This document shows, piece after piece, positions 25,001 through 40,000 of a stretch of 40,369 bases of DNA. The position numbers were made by a program, and so were the translations under genes. The notes under the pieces are model-generated. The model saw only the letters and a program-made list of their open reading frames with translations, made no database searches and was not told where the DNA came from. Origin of the DNA: Nemertoderma westbladi (Eukaryota > Animalia > Xenacoelomorpha); assembly GCA_032718475.1 (NCBI GenBank), contig JAUCBJ010004943.1, positions 1 to 40,369 of the forward strand, given 5' to 3'. Every line of letters begins with the position of its first letter. Position 1 is the first letter of the stretch.

Positions 25001-28000
25001 GTAATAGAGGCGGTGGGGACCTAAGAGGCCACTGAGTACACAGTAATAGAGGCGGTGGGGACCTAAGAGGGCACTGAGTACACAGTAATAGAGGCGGTGG
25101 GGACCTAAGAGGGCACTGAGTACACAGTAATAGAGGCGGTGGGGACCTAAGAGGCGGTGGGGACCTACTAAGAGGCCACTGAGTACACAGTAATAGAGGC
25201 GGTGGGGACCTAAGAGGCGGTGGGGACCTAAGAGGGCACTGAGTACACAGTAATAGAGGCGGTGGGGACGCTAAGAGGCCACTGAGTACACAGTAATAGA
25301 GGCGGTGGGGACCTAAGAGGGCACTGAGTACACAGTAATAGAGGCGGTGGGGACCTAAGAGGCCACTGAGTACACAGTAATAGAGGCGGTGGGGACCTAA
25401 GAGGCCACTGAGTACACAGTAATAGAGGCGGTGGGGACCTAAGAGGCCACTGAGTACACAGTAATAGAGGCGGTGGGGACCTAAGAGGCCACTGAGTACA
25501 CAGTAATAGAGGCGGTGGGGACCTAAGAGGCCACTGAGTACACAGTAATAGAGGCGGTGGGGACCTAAGAGGCCACTGAGTACACAGTAATAGAGGCGGT
25601 GGGGACCTAAGAGGCCACTGAGTACACAGTAATAGAGGCGGTGGGGACCTAAGAGGCCACTGAGTACACAGTAATAGAGGCGGTGGGCACCTAAGAGGCC
25701 ACTGAGTACACAGTAATAGAGGCGGTGGGGACCTAAGAGGCGGTGGGCACCTAAGAGGCCACTGAGTACACAGTAATAGAGGCGGTGGGGACCTACTAAG
25801 AGGCCACTGAGTACACAGTAATAGAGGCGGTGGGGACCTAAGAGGTCACAGAGTACACAGTAATAGAAGCGGTGGGGACCTAAGAGGCCACTGAATACAC
25901 AGTAATAGAGGCGGTGGGGACCTAAGAGGCCACTGAGTACACAGTAATAGAGGCGGTGGGGACCTAAGAGGGCACTGAGTACACAGTAATAGAGGCGGTG
26001 GGGACCTAAGAGGCCACTGAGTACACAGTAATAGAGGCGGTGGGGACCTAAGAGGCCACTGAGTACACAGTAATAGAGGCGGTGGGGACCTAAGAGGCCA
26101 CTGAGTACACAGTAATAGAGGCGGTGGGGACCTAAGAGGGCACTGAGTACACAGTAATAGAGGCGGTGGGGACCTAAGAGGCCACTGAGTACACAGTAAT
26201 AGAGGCGGTGGGGACCTAAGAGGCCACTGAGTACACAGTAATAGAGGCGGTGGGGACCTAAGAGGCCACTGAGTACACAGTAATAGAGGCGGTGGGGACC
26301 TAAGAGGCCACTGAGTACACAGTAATAGAGGCGGTGGGCACCTAAGAGGCCACTGAGTACACAGTAATAGAGGCGGTGGGGACCTAAGAGGCCACTGAGT
26401 ACACAGTAATAGAGGCGGTGGGGACCTAAGAGGGCACTGAGTACACAGTAATAGAGGCGGTGGGGACCTAAGAGGCCACTGAGTACACAGTAATAGAGGC
26501 GGTGGGGACCTAAGAGGCCACTGAGTACACAGTAATAGAGGCGGTGGGGACCTACTAAGAGGCCACTGAGTACACAGTAATAGAGGCGGTGGGGACCTAA
26601 GAGGCCACTGAGTACACAGTAATAGAGGCGGTGGGGACCTAAGAGGCCACTGAGTACACAGTAATAGAGGCGGTGGGGACCTAAGAGGCCACTGAGTACA
26701 CAGTAATAGAGGCGGTGGGGACCTAAGAGGGCACTGAGTACACAGTAATAGAGGCGGTGGGGACCTAAGAGGCCACTGAGTACACAGTAATAGAGGCGGT
26801 GGGGACCTAAGAGGCCACTGAGTACACAGTAATAGAGGCGGTGGGCACCTAAGAGGCCACTGAGTACACAGTAATAGAGGCGGTGGGCACCTAAGAGGCC
26901 ACTGAGTACACAGTAATAGAGGCGGTGGGGACCTAAGAGGCCACTGAGTACACAGTAATAGAGGCGGTGGGGACCTAAGAGGCCACTGAGTACACAGTAA
27001 TAGAGGCGGTGGGGACCCTAAGAGGCCACTGAGTACACAGTAATAGAGGCGGTGGGGACCTAAGAGGCCACTGAGTACACAGTAATAGAGGCGGTGGGGA
27101 CCACTAAGAGGCCACTGAGTACACAGTAATAGAGGCGGTGGGGACCTACTAGAGGCCACTGAGTACACAGTAATAGAGGCGGTGGGGACCTAAGAGGCCA
27201 CTGAGTACACAGTAATAGAGGCGGTGGGGACCTAAGAGGCCACTGAGTACACAGTAATAGAGGCGGTGGGGACCTAAGAGGCCACTGAGTAAACAGTAAT
27301 AGAGGCGGTGGGGACCTAAGAGGCGGTGGGGACCTAAGAGGCCACTGAGTACACAGTAATAGAGGCGGTGGGGACCTACTAAGAGGCCACTGAGTACACA
27401 GTAATAGAGGCGGTGGGGACCTAAGAGGCCACTGAGTACACAGTAATAGAGGCGGTGGGGACCTAAGAGGCCACTGAGTACACAGTAATAGAGGCGGTGG
27501 GGACCTAAGAGGCCACTGAGTACACAGTAATAGAAGCGGTGGGGACCTAAGAGGCGGTGGGGACCTAAGAGGCCACTGAGTACACAGTAATAGAGGCGGT
27601 GGGGACCTACTAAGAGGCCACTGAGTACACAGTAATAGAGGCGGTGGGGACCTAAGAGGCCACTGAGTACACAGTAATAGAGGCGGTGGGGACCTACTAA
27701 GAGGCCACTGAGTACACAGTAATAGAGGCGGTGGCGACCTAAGAGGCCACTGAGTACACTGTAATAGAGGCGGTGGGGACCTAAGAGGCCACTGAGTACA
27801 CAGTAATAGAGGTGGTGGGGACCTAAGAGGCCACTGAGTACACAGTAATAGAGGCGGTGGGGACCTAAGAGGCCACTGAGTACACAGTAATAGAGGCGGT
27901 GGGGACCTAAGAGGCCACTGAGTACACAGTAATAGAGGCGGTGGGGACCTAAGAGGCCACTGAGTACACAGTAATAGAGGCGGTGGGGACCTACTAAGAG

Positions 28001-31000
28001 GCCACTGAGTACACAGTAATAGAGGCGGTGGGGACCTAAGAGGCCACTGAGTACACTGTAATAGAGGCGGTGGGGACCTAAGAGGCCACTGAGTACACAG
28101 TAATAGAGGCGGTGGGGACCTACTAAGAGGCCACTGAGTACACAGCAATAGAGGCGGTGGGGACCTAAGAGGCCACTGAGTACACAGTAATAGAGGCGGT
28201 GGGGACCTAAGAGGCCACTGAGTACACTGTAATAGAGGCGGTGGGGACCTAAGAGGCCACTGAGTACACAGTAATAGAGGCGGTGGGGACCTACTAAGAG
28301 GCCACTGAGTACACAGTAATAGAGGCGGTGGGGACCTAAGTGGCCACTGAGTACACAGTAATAGAGGCGGTGGGGACCTAAGAGGCCACTGAGTACACAG
28401 TAATAGAGGCGGTGGGGACCTAAGAGGCCACTGAGTACACAGTAATAGAGGCGGTGGGGACCTACTAAGAGGCCACTGAGTACACAGTAATAGAGGCGGT
28501 GGGGACCTAAGAGGCCACTGAGTACACAGTAATAGAGGTGGTGGGGACCTAAGAGGCCACTGAGTACACAGTAATAGAGGCGGTGGGGACCTAAGAGGCC
28601 ACTGAGTACACAGTAATAGAGCGGTGGGGACCTAAGAGGCGGTGGGGACCTAAGAGGCCACTGAGTACACAGTAATAGAGGCGGTGGGGACCTACTAAGA
28701 GGCCACTGAGTACACAGTAATAGAGGCGGTGGGGACCTAAGAGGCCACTGAGTACACAGTAATAGAGGCGGTGGGGACCTACTAAGAGGCCACTGAGTAC
28801 ACAGTAATAGAGGCGGTGGGGACCTAAGTGGCCACTGAGTACACAGTAATAGAGACGGTGGGGACCTAAGAGGCCACTGAGTACACAGTAATAGAGGCGG
28901 TGGGGACCTAAGAGGCCACTGAGTACACAGTAATAGAGGCGGTGGGGACCTACTAAGAGGCCACTGAGTACACAGTAATAGAGGCGGTGGGGACCTAAGA
29001 GGCCACTGAGTACACAGTAATAGAGGTGGTGGGGACCTAAGAGGCCACTGAGTACACAGTAATAGAGGCGGTGGGGACCTAAGAGGCCACTGAGTACACA
29101 GTAATAGAAGCGGTGGGGACCTAAGAGGCGGTGGGGACCTAAGAGGCCACTGAGTACACAGTAATAGAGGCGGTGGGGACCTACTAAGAGGCCACTGAGT
29201 ACACAGTAATAGAGGCGGTGGGGACCTAAGAGGCCACTGAGTACACAGTAATAGAGGCGGTGGGGACCTACTAAGAGGCCACTGAGTACACAGTAATAGA
29301 GGCGGTGGGGACCTAAGAGGCCACTGAGTACACAGTAATAGAGGCGGTGGGGACCTAAGAGGCCACTGAGTACACAGTAATAGAGGCGGTGGGGACCTAA
29401 GAGGCCACTGAGTACACAGTAATAGAGGCGGTGGGGACCTAAGAGGCCACTGAGTACACAGTAATAGAGGCGGTGGGGACCTACTAAGAGGCCACTGAGT
29501 ACACAGTAATAGAGGCGGTGGGGACCTAAGAGGCCACTGAGTACACTGTAATAGAGGCGGTGGGGACCTAAGAGGCCACTGAGTACACAGTAATAGAGGC
29601 GGTGGAGACCTACTAAGAGGCCACTGAGTACACAGTAATAGAGGCGGTGGGGACCTAAGAGGCCACTGAGTACACAGTAATAGAGGCGGTGGGGACCTAA
29701 GAGGCCACTGAGTACACTGTAATAGAGGCGGTGGGGACCTAAGAGGCCACTGAGTACACAGTAATAGAGGCGGTGGGGACCTACTAAGAGGCCACTGAGT
29801 ACACAGTAATAGAGGCGGTGGGGACCTAAGTGGCCACTGAGTACACAGTAATAGAGACGGTGGGGACCTAAGAGGCCACTGAGTACACAGTAATAGAGGC
29901 GGTGGGGACCTAAGAGGCCACTGAGTAAACAGTAATAGAGGCGGTGGGGACCTAAGAGGCCACTGAGTACACAGTAATAGAGGCGGTGGGGACCTAAGAG
30001 GCCACTGAGTACACATTAATAGAGGCGGTGGGCACCTAAGAGGCCACTGAGTACACAGTAATAGAGGGGGTGGGGACCTAAGAGGGCACTGAGTACACAG
30101 TAATAGAGGCGGTGGGGACCTAAGAGGCCACTGAGTACACAGTAATAGAGGCGGTGGGGACCTAAGTGGCCACTGAGTACACAGTAATAGAGGCGGTGGG
30201 GACCTAAGAGGCCACTGAGTACACAGTAATAGAGGTGGTGGGGACCTAAGTGGCCACTGAGTACACAGTAATAGAGGCGGTGGGGACCTAAGAGGCCACT
30301 GAGTACACAGTAATAGAGGCGGTGGGGACCTAAGAGGCCACTGAGTACACAGTAATAGAGGCGGTGGGGACCTAAGAGGCCACTGAGTACACAGTAATAG
30401 AGGCGGTGGGGACCTAAGAGGCCACTGAGTACACAGTAATAGAGGTGGTGGGGACCTAAGAGGCCACTGAGTACACAGTAATAGAGGCGGTGGGGACCTA
30501 AGAGGCCACTGAGTACACAGTAATAGAGGCGGTGGGGACCTAAGAGGCCACTGAGTACACAGTAATAGAGGGGGTGGGAACCTAAGAGGCCACTGAGTAC
30601 ACAGTAATAGAGGCGGTGGGGACCTACTAAGAGGCCACTGAGTACACAGTAATAGAGGCGGTGGGGACCTAAGAGGCCACTGAGTACACAGTAATAGAGG
30701 CGGTGGGGACCTAAGAGGCCACTGAGTACACAGTAATAGAGGCGGTGGGGACCTACTAAGAGGCCACTGAGTACACAGTAATAGAGGCGGTGGGGACCTA
30801 AGAGGCCACTGAGTACACAGTAATAGAGGCGGTGGGGACCTAAGAGGCCACTGAGTACACAGTAATAGAGGCGGTGGGGACCTAAGAGGGCACTGAATAC
30901 ACAGTAATAGAGGCGGTGGGGACCTAAGAGGCCACTGAGTACACAGTAATAGAGGCGGTGGGGACCTACTAAGAGGCCACTGAGTACACAGTAATATAGG

Positions 31001-34000
31001 CGGTGGGGACCTAAGAGGCCACTGAGTACACAGTAATAGAGGCGGTGGGGACCTAAGAGGCCACTGAGTACACAGTAATAGAGGCGGTGGGGACCTACTA
31101 AGAGGCCACTGAGTACACAGTAATAGAGGCGGTGGGGACCTAAGAGGCCACTGAGTACACAGTAATAGAGGCGGTGGGCACCTAAGAGGCCACTGAGCAC
31201 ACAGTAATAGAGGCGGTGGGGACCTAAGAGGCCACTGAGTACACAGTAATAGAGGCGGTGGGGACCTAAGAGGCCACTGAGTACACAGTAATAGAGGCGG
31301 TGGGGACCTAAGAGGCCACTGAGTACACAGTAATAGAGGCGGTGGGGACCTAAGAGGCCACTGAGTACACAGTAATAGAGGCGGTGGGGACCTAAGAGGC
31401 CACTGAGTACACAGTAATAGAGGCGGTGGGGACCTACTAAGAGGCCACTGAGTACACAGTAATAGAGGCGGTGGGGACCTAAGAGGCCACTGAGTACACA
31501 GTAATAGAGGCGGTGGGGACCTAAGAGGCCACTGAGTACACAGTAATAGAGGCGGTGGGGACCTAAGAGGCCACTGAGTACACAGTAATAGAGGCGGTGG
31601 GGACCTAAGAGGGCACTGAGTACACAGTAATAGAGGCGGTGGGGACCTACTAAGAGGCCACTGAGTACACAGTAATAGAGGCGGTGGGGACCTAAGAGGC
31701 CACTGAGTACACATTAATAGAGGCGGTGGGCACCTAAGAGGCCACTGAGTACACAGTAATAGAGGCGGTGGGCACCTAAGAGGCCACTGAGTACACAGTA
31801 ATAGAGGCGGTGGGGACCTACTAAGAGGCCACTGAGTACACAGTAATAGAGGCGGTGGGGACCTAAGAGGCCACTGAGTACACAGTAATAGAGGCGGTGG
31901 GCACCTAAGAGGCCACTGAGTACACAGTAATAGAGGCGGTGGGGACCTAAGAGGGCACTGAGTACACAGTAATAGAGGCGGTGGGGACCTAAGAGGCCAC
32001 TGAGTACACAATAATAGAGGCGGTGGGCACCTAAGAGGCCACTGAGTACACAGTAATAGAGGCGGTGGGGACCTAAGAGGGCACTGAGTACACAGTAATA
32101 GAGGCGGTGGGGACCTAAGAGGGCACTGAGTACACAGTAATAGAGGCGGTGGGGACCTAAGAGGCCACTGAGTACACAGTAATAGAGGCGGTGGGGACCT
32201 AAGATGCCACTGAGTACACAGTAATAGAGGCGGTGGGGACCTAAGAGGCCACTGAGTACACAGTAATAGAGGCGGTGGGGACCTAAGAGGCCACTGAGTA
32301 CACTGTAATAGAGTCGGTGGGGACCTAAGAGGCGGTGGGGACCTAAGAGGCCACTGAGTACACAGTAATAGAGGCGGTGGGGACCTAAGAGGCGGTGGGG
32401 ACCTAAGAGGCGGTGGGGACCTAAGAGGCGGTGGGGACCTAAGAGGCCACTGAGTACACAGTAATAGAGGCGGTGGGGACCTAAGAGGCGGTGGGGACCT
32501 AAGAGGCGGTGGGGACCTAAGAGGCGGTGGGGACCTAAGAGGCCACTGAGTACACAGTAATAGAGGCGGTGGGGACCTAAGAGGCGGTGGGGACCTAAGA
32601 GGCCACTGAGTACACAGTAATAGAGGCGGTGGGGACCTAAGAGGCCACTGAGTACACAGTAATAGAGGCGGTGGGGACCTAAGAGGCGGTGGGGACCTAA
32701 GAGGCGGTGGGGACCTAAGAGGCGGTGGGGACCTAAGAGGCCACTGAGTACACAGTAATAGAGGCGGTGGGGACCTAAGAGGCGGTGGGGACCTAAGAGG
32801 CGTGGGACCTAAGAGGCGGTGGGGACCTAAGAGGCCACTGAGTACACACGTACCTAGAGGCGGTGGGGACCTAAGAGGCCACTGAGTACACAGTAATAGA
32901 GGCGGTGGGGACCTAAGAGGCGGTGGGGACCTAAGAGGCGGTGGGGACCTAAGAGGCGGTGGGGACCTAAGAGGCCACTGAGTACACAGTAATAGAGGCG
33001 GTGGGGACCTAAGAGGCGGTGGGGACCTAAGAGGCGGTGGGGACCTAAGAGGCGGTGGGGACCTAAGAGGCCACTGAGTACACAGTAATAGAGGCGGTGG
33101 GGACCTAAGAGCGGTGGGGACCTAAGAGGCCACTGAGTACACAGTAATAGAGGCAGTGGGGACCTAAGAGGCCACTGAGTACACAGTAATAGAGGCGGTG
33201 GGGACCTACTAAGAGGCCACTGAGTACACAGTAATAGAGGCGGTGGGGACCTAAGAGGCCACTGAGTACACAGTAATAGAGGCGGTGGGGACCTACTAAG
33301 AGGCCACTGAGTACACAGTAATAGAGGCGGTGGGGACCTAAGAGGCCACTGAGTACACAGTAATAGAGGCGGTGGGGACCTAAGAGGCCACTGAGTACAC
33401 AGTAATAGAGGCGGTGGGGACCTAAGAGGCCACTGAGTACACAGTAATAGAGGCGGTGGGGACCTAAGAGGCCACTGAGTACACAGTAATAAAGGCGGTG
33501 GGGACCTACTAAGAGGCCACTGAGTACACAGTAATAGAGGCGGTGGGGACCTAAGAGGCCACTGAGTACACAGTAATAGAGGCGGTGGGGACCTAAGAGG
33601 CCACTGAGTACACAGTAATAGAGGCGGTGGGGACCTACTAAGAGGCCACTGAGTACACAGTAATAGAGGCGGTGGGGACCTAAGAGGCCACTGAGTACAC
33701 AGTAATAGAGGCGGTGGGGACCTAAGAGGCCACTGAGTACACAGTAATAGAGGCGGTGGGGACCTAAGAGGCCACTGAGTACACAGTAATAGAGGCGGTG
33801 GGGACCTAAGAGGCCACTGAGTACACAGTAATAGAGGCGGTGGGGACCTAAGAGGCCACTGAGTACACAGTAATAGAGGCGGTGGGGACCTAAGAGGCCA
33901 CTGAGTACACAGTAATAGAGGCGGTGGGGACCTAAGAGGCCACTGAGTACACAGTAATAGAGGCGGTGGGGACCTAAGAGGCCACTGAGTACACAGTAAT

Positions 34001-37000
34001 AGAGGCGGTGGGGACCTAAGAGGCCACTGAGTACACAGTAATAGAGGCGGTGGGGACCTAAGAGGCCACTGAGTACACAGTAATAGAGGCGGTGGGGACC
34101 TAAGAGGCCACTGAGTACACAGTAATAGAGGCGGTGGGGACCTAAGAGGCCACTGAGTACACAGTAATAGAGGCGGTGGGGACCTAAGAGGCCACTGAGT
34201 ACACAGTAATAGAGGCGGTGGGGACCTAAGAGGCCACTGAGTACACAGTAATAGAGGCGGTGGGGACCTAAGAGGCCACTGAGTACACAGTAATAGAGGC
34301 GGTGGGGACCTAAGAGGCCACTGAGTACACAGTAATAGAGGCGGTGGGGACCTAAGAGGCCACTGAGTACACAGTAATAGAGGCGGTGGGGACCTAAGAG
34401 GCCACTGAGTACACAGTAATAGAGGCGGTGGGGACCTAAGAGGCCACTGAGTACACAGTAATAGAGGCGGTGGGGACCTACTAAGAGGCCACTGAGTACA
34501 CAGTAATAGAGGCGGTGGGGACCTAAGAGGCCACTGAGTACACAGTAATAGAGGCGGTGGGGACCTAAGAGGCCACTGAGTACACAGTAATAGAGGCGGT
34601 GGGGACCTAAGAGGCCACTGAGTACACAGTAATAGAGACGGTGGGGACCTAAGAGGCCACTGAGTACACAGTAATAGAGGCGATGGGGACCTAAGAGGGC
34701 ACTGAGTACACAGTAATAGAAGCGGTGGGCACCTAAGAGTCCACTGAGTACACAGTAATAGAAGCGGTGGGGACCTAAGAGGCCACTGAGTACACAGTAA
34801 TAGAGGCGGTGGGGACCTAAGAGGCCACTGAATACACAGTAATAGAGGCGGTGGGGACCTAAGAGGCCACTGAGTACACAGTAATAGAGGCGGTGGGGAC
34901 CTAAGAGGCCACTGAGTACACAGTAATAGAGGGGGTGGGGACCTAAGAGGCCACTGAGTACACAGTAATAGAGGCGGTGGGGACCTAAGAGGCCACTGAG
35001 TACACAGTAATAGAGGCGGTGGGGACCTAAGAGGCCACTGAGTACACAGTAATAGAGGCGGTGGGGACCTAAGAGGCCACTGAGTACACAGTAATAGAGG
35101 CGGTGGGGACCTAAGAGGTCACAGAGTACACAGTAATAGAGGCGGTGGGGACCTAAGAGGCCACTGAGTACACAGTAATAGAAGCGGTGGGGACCTAAGA
35201 GGCCACTGAGTACAAGGTAATAGAGGCGGTGGGGACCTAAGAGGCCACTGAGTACACAGTAATAGAGGCGGTGGGGACCTAAGAGGCCACTGAGTACACA
35301 GTAATAGAGGCGGTGGGGACCTAAGAGGCCAATGAGTACACAGTAATAGAGGTGGTGGGGACCTAAGAGGCCAATGAGTACACAGTAATAGAGGCGGTGG
35401 GCACCTAAGAGGCCACTGAGTACACAGTAATAGAGGCGGTGGGCACCTAAGAGGCCACTGAGTACACAGTAATAGAGGCGGTGGGGACCTAAGAGGCCAC
35501 TGAGCACACAGTAATAGAGGCGGTGGGGACCTAAGAGGCCACTGAGTACACAGTAATAGAGGCGGTGGGGACCTAAGAGGCCACTGAGTACACAGTAATA
35601 GAGGCGGTGGGGACCTAAGAGGCCACTGAGTACACAGTAATAGAGGTGGTGGGGACCTAAGAGGCCACTGAGTACACAGTAATAGAGGCGGTGGGGACCT
35701 AAGAGGCCACTGAGTACACAGTAATAGAGGTGGTGGGGACCTAAGAGGCCACTGAGTACACAGTAATAGAGGCGGTGGGGACCTAAGAGGCCACTGAGTA
35801 CACAGTAATAGAGGCGGTGGGGACCTAAGAGGGCACTGAGTACACAGTAATAGAGGCGGTGGGGACCTAAGAGGCCACTGAGTACACAGTAATAGAGGCG
35901 GTGGGGACCTAAGAGGCCACTGAGTACACAGTAATAGAGGCGGTGGGCACCTAAGAGGCCACTGAGTACACAGTAATAGAGGCGGTGGGGACCTAAGAGG
36001 CCACTGAGCACACAGTAATAGAGGCGGTGGGGACCTAAGAGGCCACTGAGTACACAGTAATAGAGGCGGTGGGGACCTAAGAGGCCACTGAGTACACAGT
36101 AATAGAGGTGGTGGGGACCTAAGAGGCCACTGAGTACACAGTAATAGAGGCGGTGGGCACCTAAGATGCCACTGAGTACACAGTAATAGAGGCGGCGGGC
36201 ACCTAAGAGTCCACTGAGTACACAGTAATAGAGGCGGTGGGCACCTAAGAGGTCCACTGAGTACACAGTAATAGAGGCGGTGGGCACCTAAGAGGCCACT
36301 GAGTACACAGTAATAGAGGCGGTGGGCACCTAAGAGTCCACTGAGTACACAGTAATAGAGGCGGTGGGCACCTAAGAGGCCACTGAGTACACAGTAATAG
36401 AGGCGGTGGGGACCTAAGAGGCCACTGAGCACACAGTAATAGAGGCGGTGGGGACCTAAGAGGCCACTGAGTACACAGTAATAGAGGCGGTGGGGACCTA
36501 AGAGGCCACTGAGCACACAGTAATAGAGGCGGTGGGGACCTAAGAGGCCACTGAGTACACAGTAATAGAGACGGTGGGGACCTAAGAGGCCACTGAGTAC
36601 ACAGTAATAGAGGCGGTGGGGACCTAAGAGGGCACTGAGTACACAGTAATAGAGGCGGTGGGGACCTAAGAGGCCACTGAGTACACAGTAATAGAGGACG
36701 GTGGGGACCTAAGAGGCCACTGAGTACACAGTAATAGAGGCGGTGGGGACCTAAGAGGGCACTGAGTACACAGTAATAGAGGCGGTGGGGACCTAAGAGG
36801 CCACTGAGTACACAGTAATAGAGGCGGTGGGGACCTACTAAGAGGCCACTGAGTACACAGTAATAGAGGCGGTGGGCACCTAAGAGGCCACTGAGTACAC
36901 AGTAATAGAGGCGTTGGGGACCTAAGAGGCCACTGAGTACACAGTAATAGAGGCGGTGGGGACCTAAGAGGCCACTGAGTACACAGTAATAGAGACGGTG

Positions 37001-40000
37001 GGGACCTAAGAGGCCACTGAGTACACAGTAATAGAGGAGGTGGGGACCTAAGAGGCCACTGAGTACACAGTAATAGAGGCGGTGGGGACCTAAGAGGCCA
37101 CTGAGTACACAGTAATAGAGGCGGTGGGGACCTAAGAGGCCACTGAGTACACAGTAATAGAGGCGGTGGGGACCTAAGAGGCCACTGAGTACACAGTAAT
37201 AGAGACGGTGGGGACCTAAGAGGCCACTGAGTACACAGTAATAGAGGCGGTGGGGACCTAAGAGGGCACTGAGTACACAGTAATAGAGGCGGTGGGGACC
37301 TAAGAGGCCACTGAGTACACAGTAATAGAGGCGGTGGGGACCTACTAAGAGGCCACTGAGTACACAGTAATAGAGGCGGTGGGCACCTAAGAGGCCACTG
37401 AGTACACAGTAATAGAGGCGGTGGGGACCTAAGAGGGCACTGAGTACACAGTAATAGAGGCGGTGGGGACCTAAGAGGCCACTGAGTACACAGTAATAGA
37501 GGCGGTGGGGACCTAAGAGGCCACTGAGTACACTGTAATAGAGGCGGTGGGGACCTAAGAGGGCACTGAGTACACAGTAATAGAGGCGGTGGGGACCTAA
37601 GAGGGCACTGAGTACACAGTAATAGAGGCGGTGGGAACCTAAGAGGCCACTGAGTACACAGTAATAGAGGCGGTGGGGACCTAAGAGGCCACTGAGTACA
37701 CAGTAATAGAGACGGTGGGGACCTAAGAGGCCACTGAGTACACAGTAATAGAGGCGGTGGGGACCTAAGAGGCCACAGAGTACACTGTAATAGAGGCGGT
37801 GGGGACCTAAGAGGGCACTGAGTACACAGTAATAGAGGCGGTGGGGACCTAAGAGGCCACTGAGTACACAGTAATAGAGGCGGTGGGGACCTAAGAGGCC
37901 ACTGAGTACACAGTAATAGAGGCGGTGGGGACCTAAGAGGCCCTGAGGGACACAGTAAGAGGCGGTGGGGACCTAAGAGGCCACTGAGTACACAGTAATA
38001 GAGGCGGTGGGGACCTAAGAGGCCACTGAGTACACAGTAATAGAGGCGGTGGGGACCTAAGAGGCCACTGAGTACACAGTAATAGAGGCGGTGGGGACCT
38101 AAGAGGCCACTGAGTACACAGTAATAGAGGCGGTGGGCACCTAAGAGGCCACTGAGTACACAGTAATAGAGGCGGTGGGGACCTAAGAGGCCACTGAGTA
38201 CACAGTAATAGAGGCGGTGGGGCACCTAAGAGGCCACTGAGTACACAGTAATAGAGGCGGTGGGCACCTAAGAGGCCACTGAGTACACAGTAATAGAGGC
38301 GGTGGGGACCTAAGAGGCCACTGAGTACACAGTAATAGAGGCGGTGGGCACCTAAGAGGCCACTGAGTACACAGTAATAGAGGCGGTGGGCACCTAAGAG
38401 GCCACTGAGTACACAGTAATAGAGGCGGTGGGGACCTAAGAGGCCACTGAGTACACAGTAATAGAGGCGGTGGGCACCTAAGAGGCCACTGAGTACACAG
38501 TAATAGAGGCGGTGGGGACCTAAGAGGGCACTGAGTACACAGTAATAGAGGCGGTGGGCACCTAAGAGGCCACTGAGCACACAGTAATAGAGGCGGTGGG
38601 GACCTAAGAGGCCACTGAGTACACAGTAATAGAGGCGGTGGGCACCTAAGAGGCCACTGAGCACACAGTAATAGAGGCGGTGGGGACCTAAGAGGCCACT
38701 GAGTACACAGTAATAGAGGCGGTGGGGACCTAAGAGGCCACTGAGTACACAGTAATAGAGGCGGTGGGGACCTAAGAGGCCACTGAGTACACAGTAATAG
38801 AGGCGGTGGGGACCTAAGAGGCCACTGAGTACACAGTAATAGAGGCGGTGGGCACCTAAGAGGCCACTGAGTACACAGTAATAGAGGCGGTGGGGACCTA
38901 AGAGGCCACTGAGTACACAGTAATAGAGGCGGTGGGGACCTAAGAGGCCACTGAGTACACAGTAATAGAGGCGGTGGGGACCTAAGAGGCCACTGAGTAC
39001 ACAGTAATAGAGGCGGTGGGGACCTAAGAGGCCACTGAGTACACAGTAATAGAGGCGGTGGGGACCTAAGAGGCCACTGAGTACACAGTAATAGAGGCGG
39101 TGGGGACCTAAGAGGCCACTGAGTACACAGTAATAGAGGCGGTGGGGACCTAAGAGGCCACTGAGTACACAGTAATAGAGGCGGTGGGGACCTAAGAGGC
39201 CACTGAGTACACAGTAATAGAGGCGGTGGGGACCTAAGAGGCCACTGAGTACACAGTAATAGAGGCGGTGGGGACCTAAGAGGCCACTGAGTACACAGTA
39301 ATAGAGGCGGTGGGGACCTAAGAGGCCACTGAGTACACAGTAATAGAGGCGGTGGGGACCTAAGAGGCCACTGAGTACACAGTAATAGAGGCGGTGGGGA
39401 CCTAAGAGGCCACTGAGTACACAGTAATAGAGGCGGTGGGGACCTAAGAGGCCACTGAGTACACAGTAATAGAGGCGGTGGGGACCTAAGAGGCCACTGA
39501 GTACACAGTAATAGAGGCGGTGGGGACCTAAGAGGCCACTGAGTACACAGTAATAGAGGCGGTGGGGACCTAAGAGGCCACTGAGTACACAGTAATAGAG
39601 GCGGTGGGCACCTAAGAGGCCACTGAGTACACAGTAATAGAGGCGGTGGGCACCTAAGAGGCCACTGAGTACACAGTAATAGAGGCGGTGGGGACCTAAG
39701 AGGCCACTGAGTACACAGTAATAGAGGCGGTGGGGACCTAAGAGCCACTGAGTACACAGTAATAGAGGCGGTGGGGACCTAAGAGGCCACTGAGTACACA
39801 GTAATAGAGGCGGTGGGGACCTAAGAGGCCACTGAGTACACAGTAATAGAGGCGGTGGGCACCTAAGAGGCCACTGAGTACACAGTAATAGAGGCGGTGG
39901 GGACCTAAGAGGGCACTGAGTACACAGTAATAGAGGCGGTGGGGACCTAAGAGGCCACTGAGTACACAGTAATAGAGGCGGTGGGGACCTAAGAGGCCAC

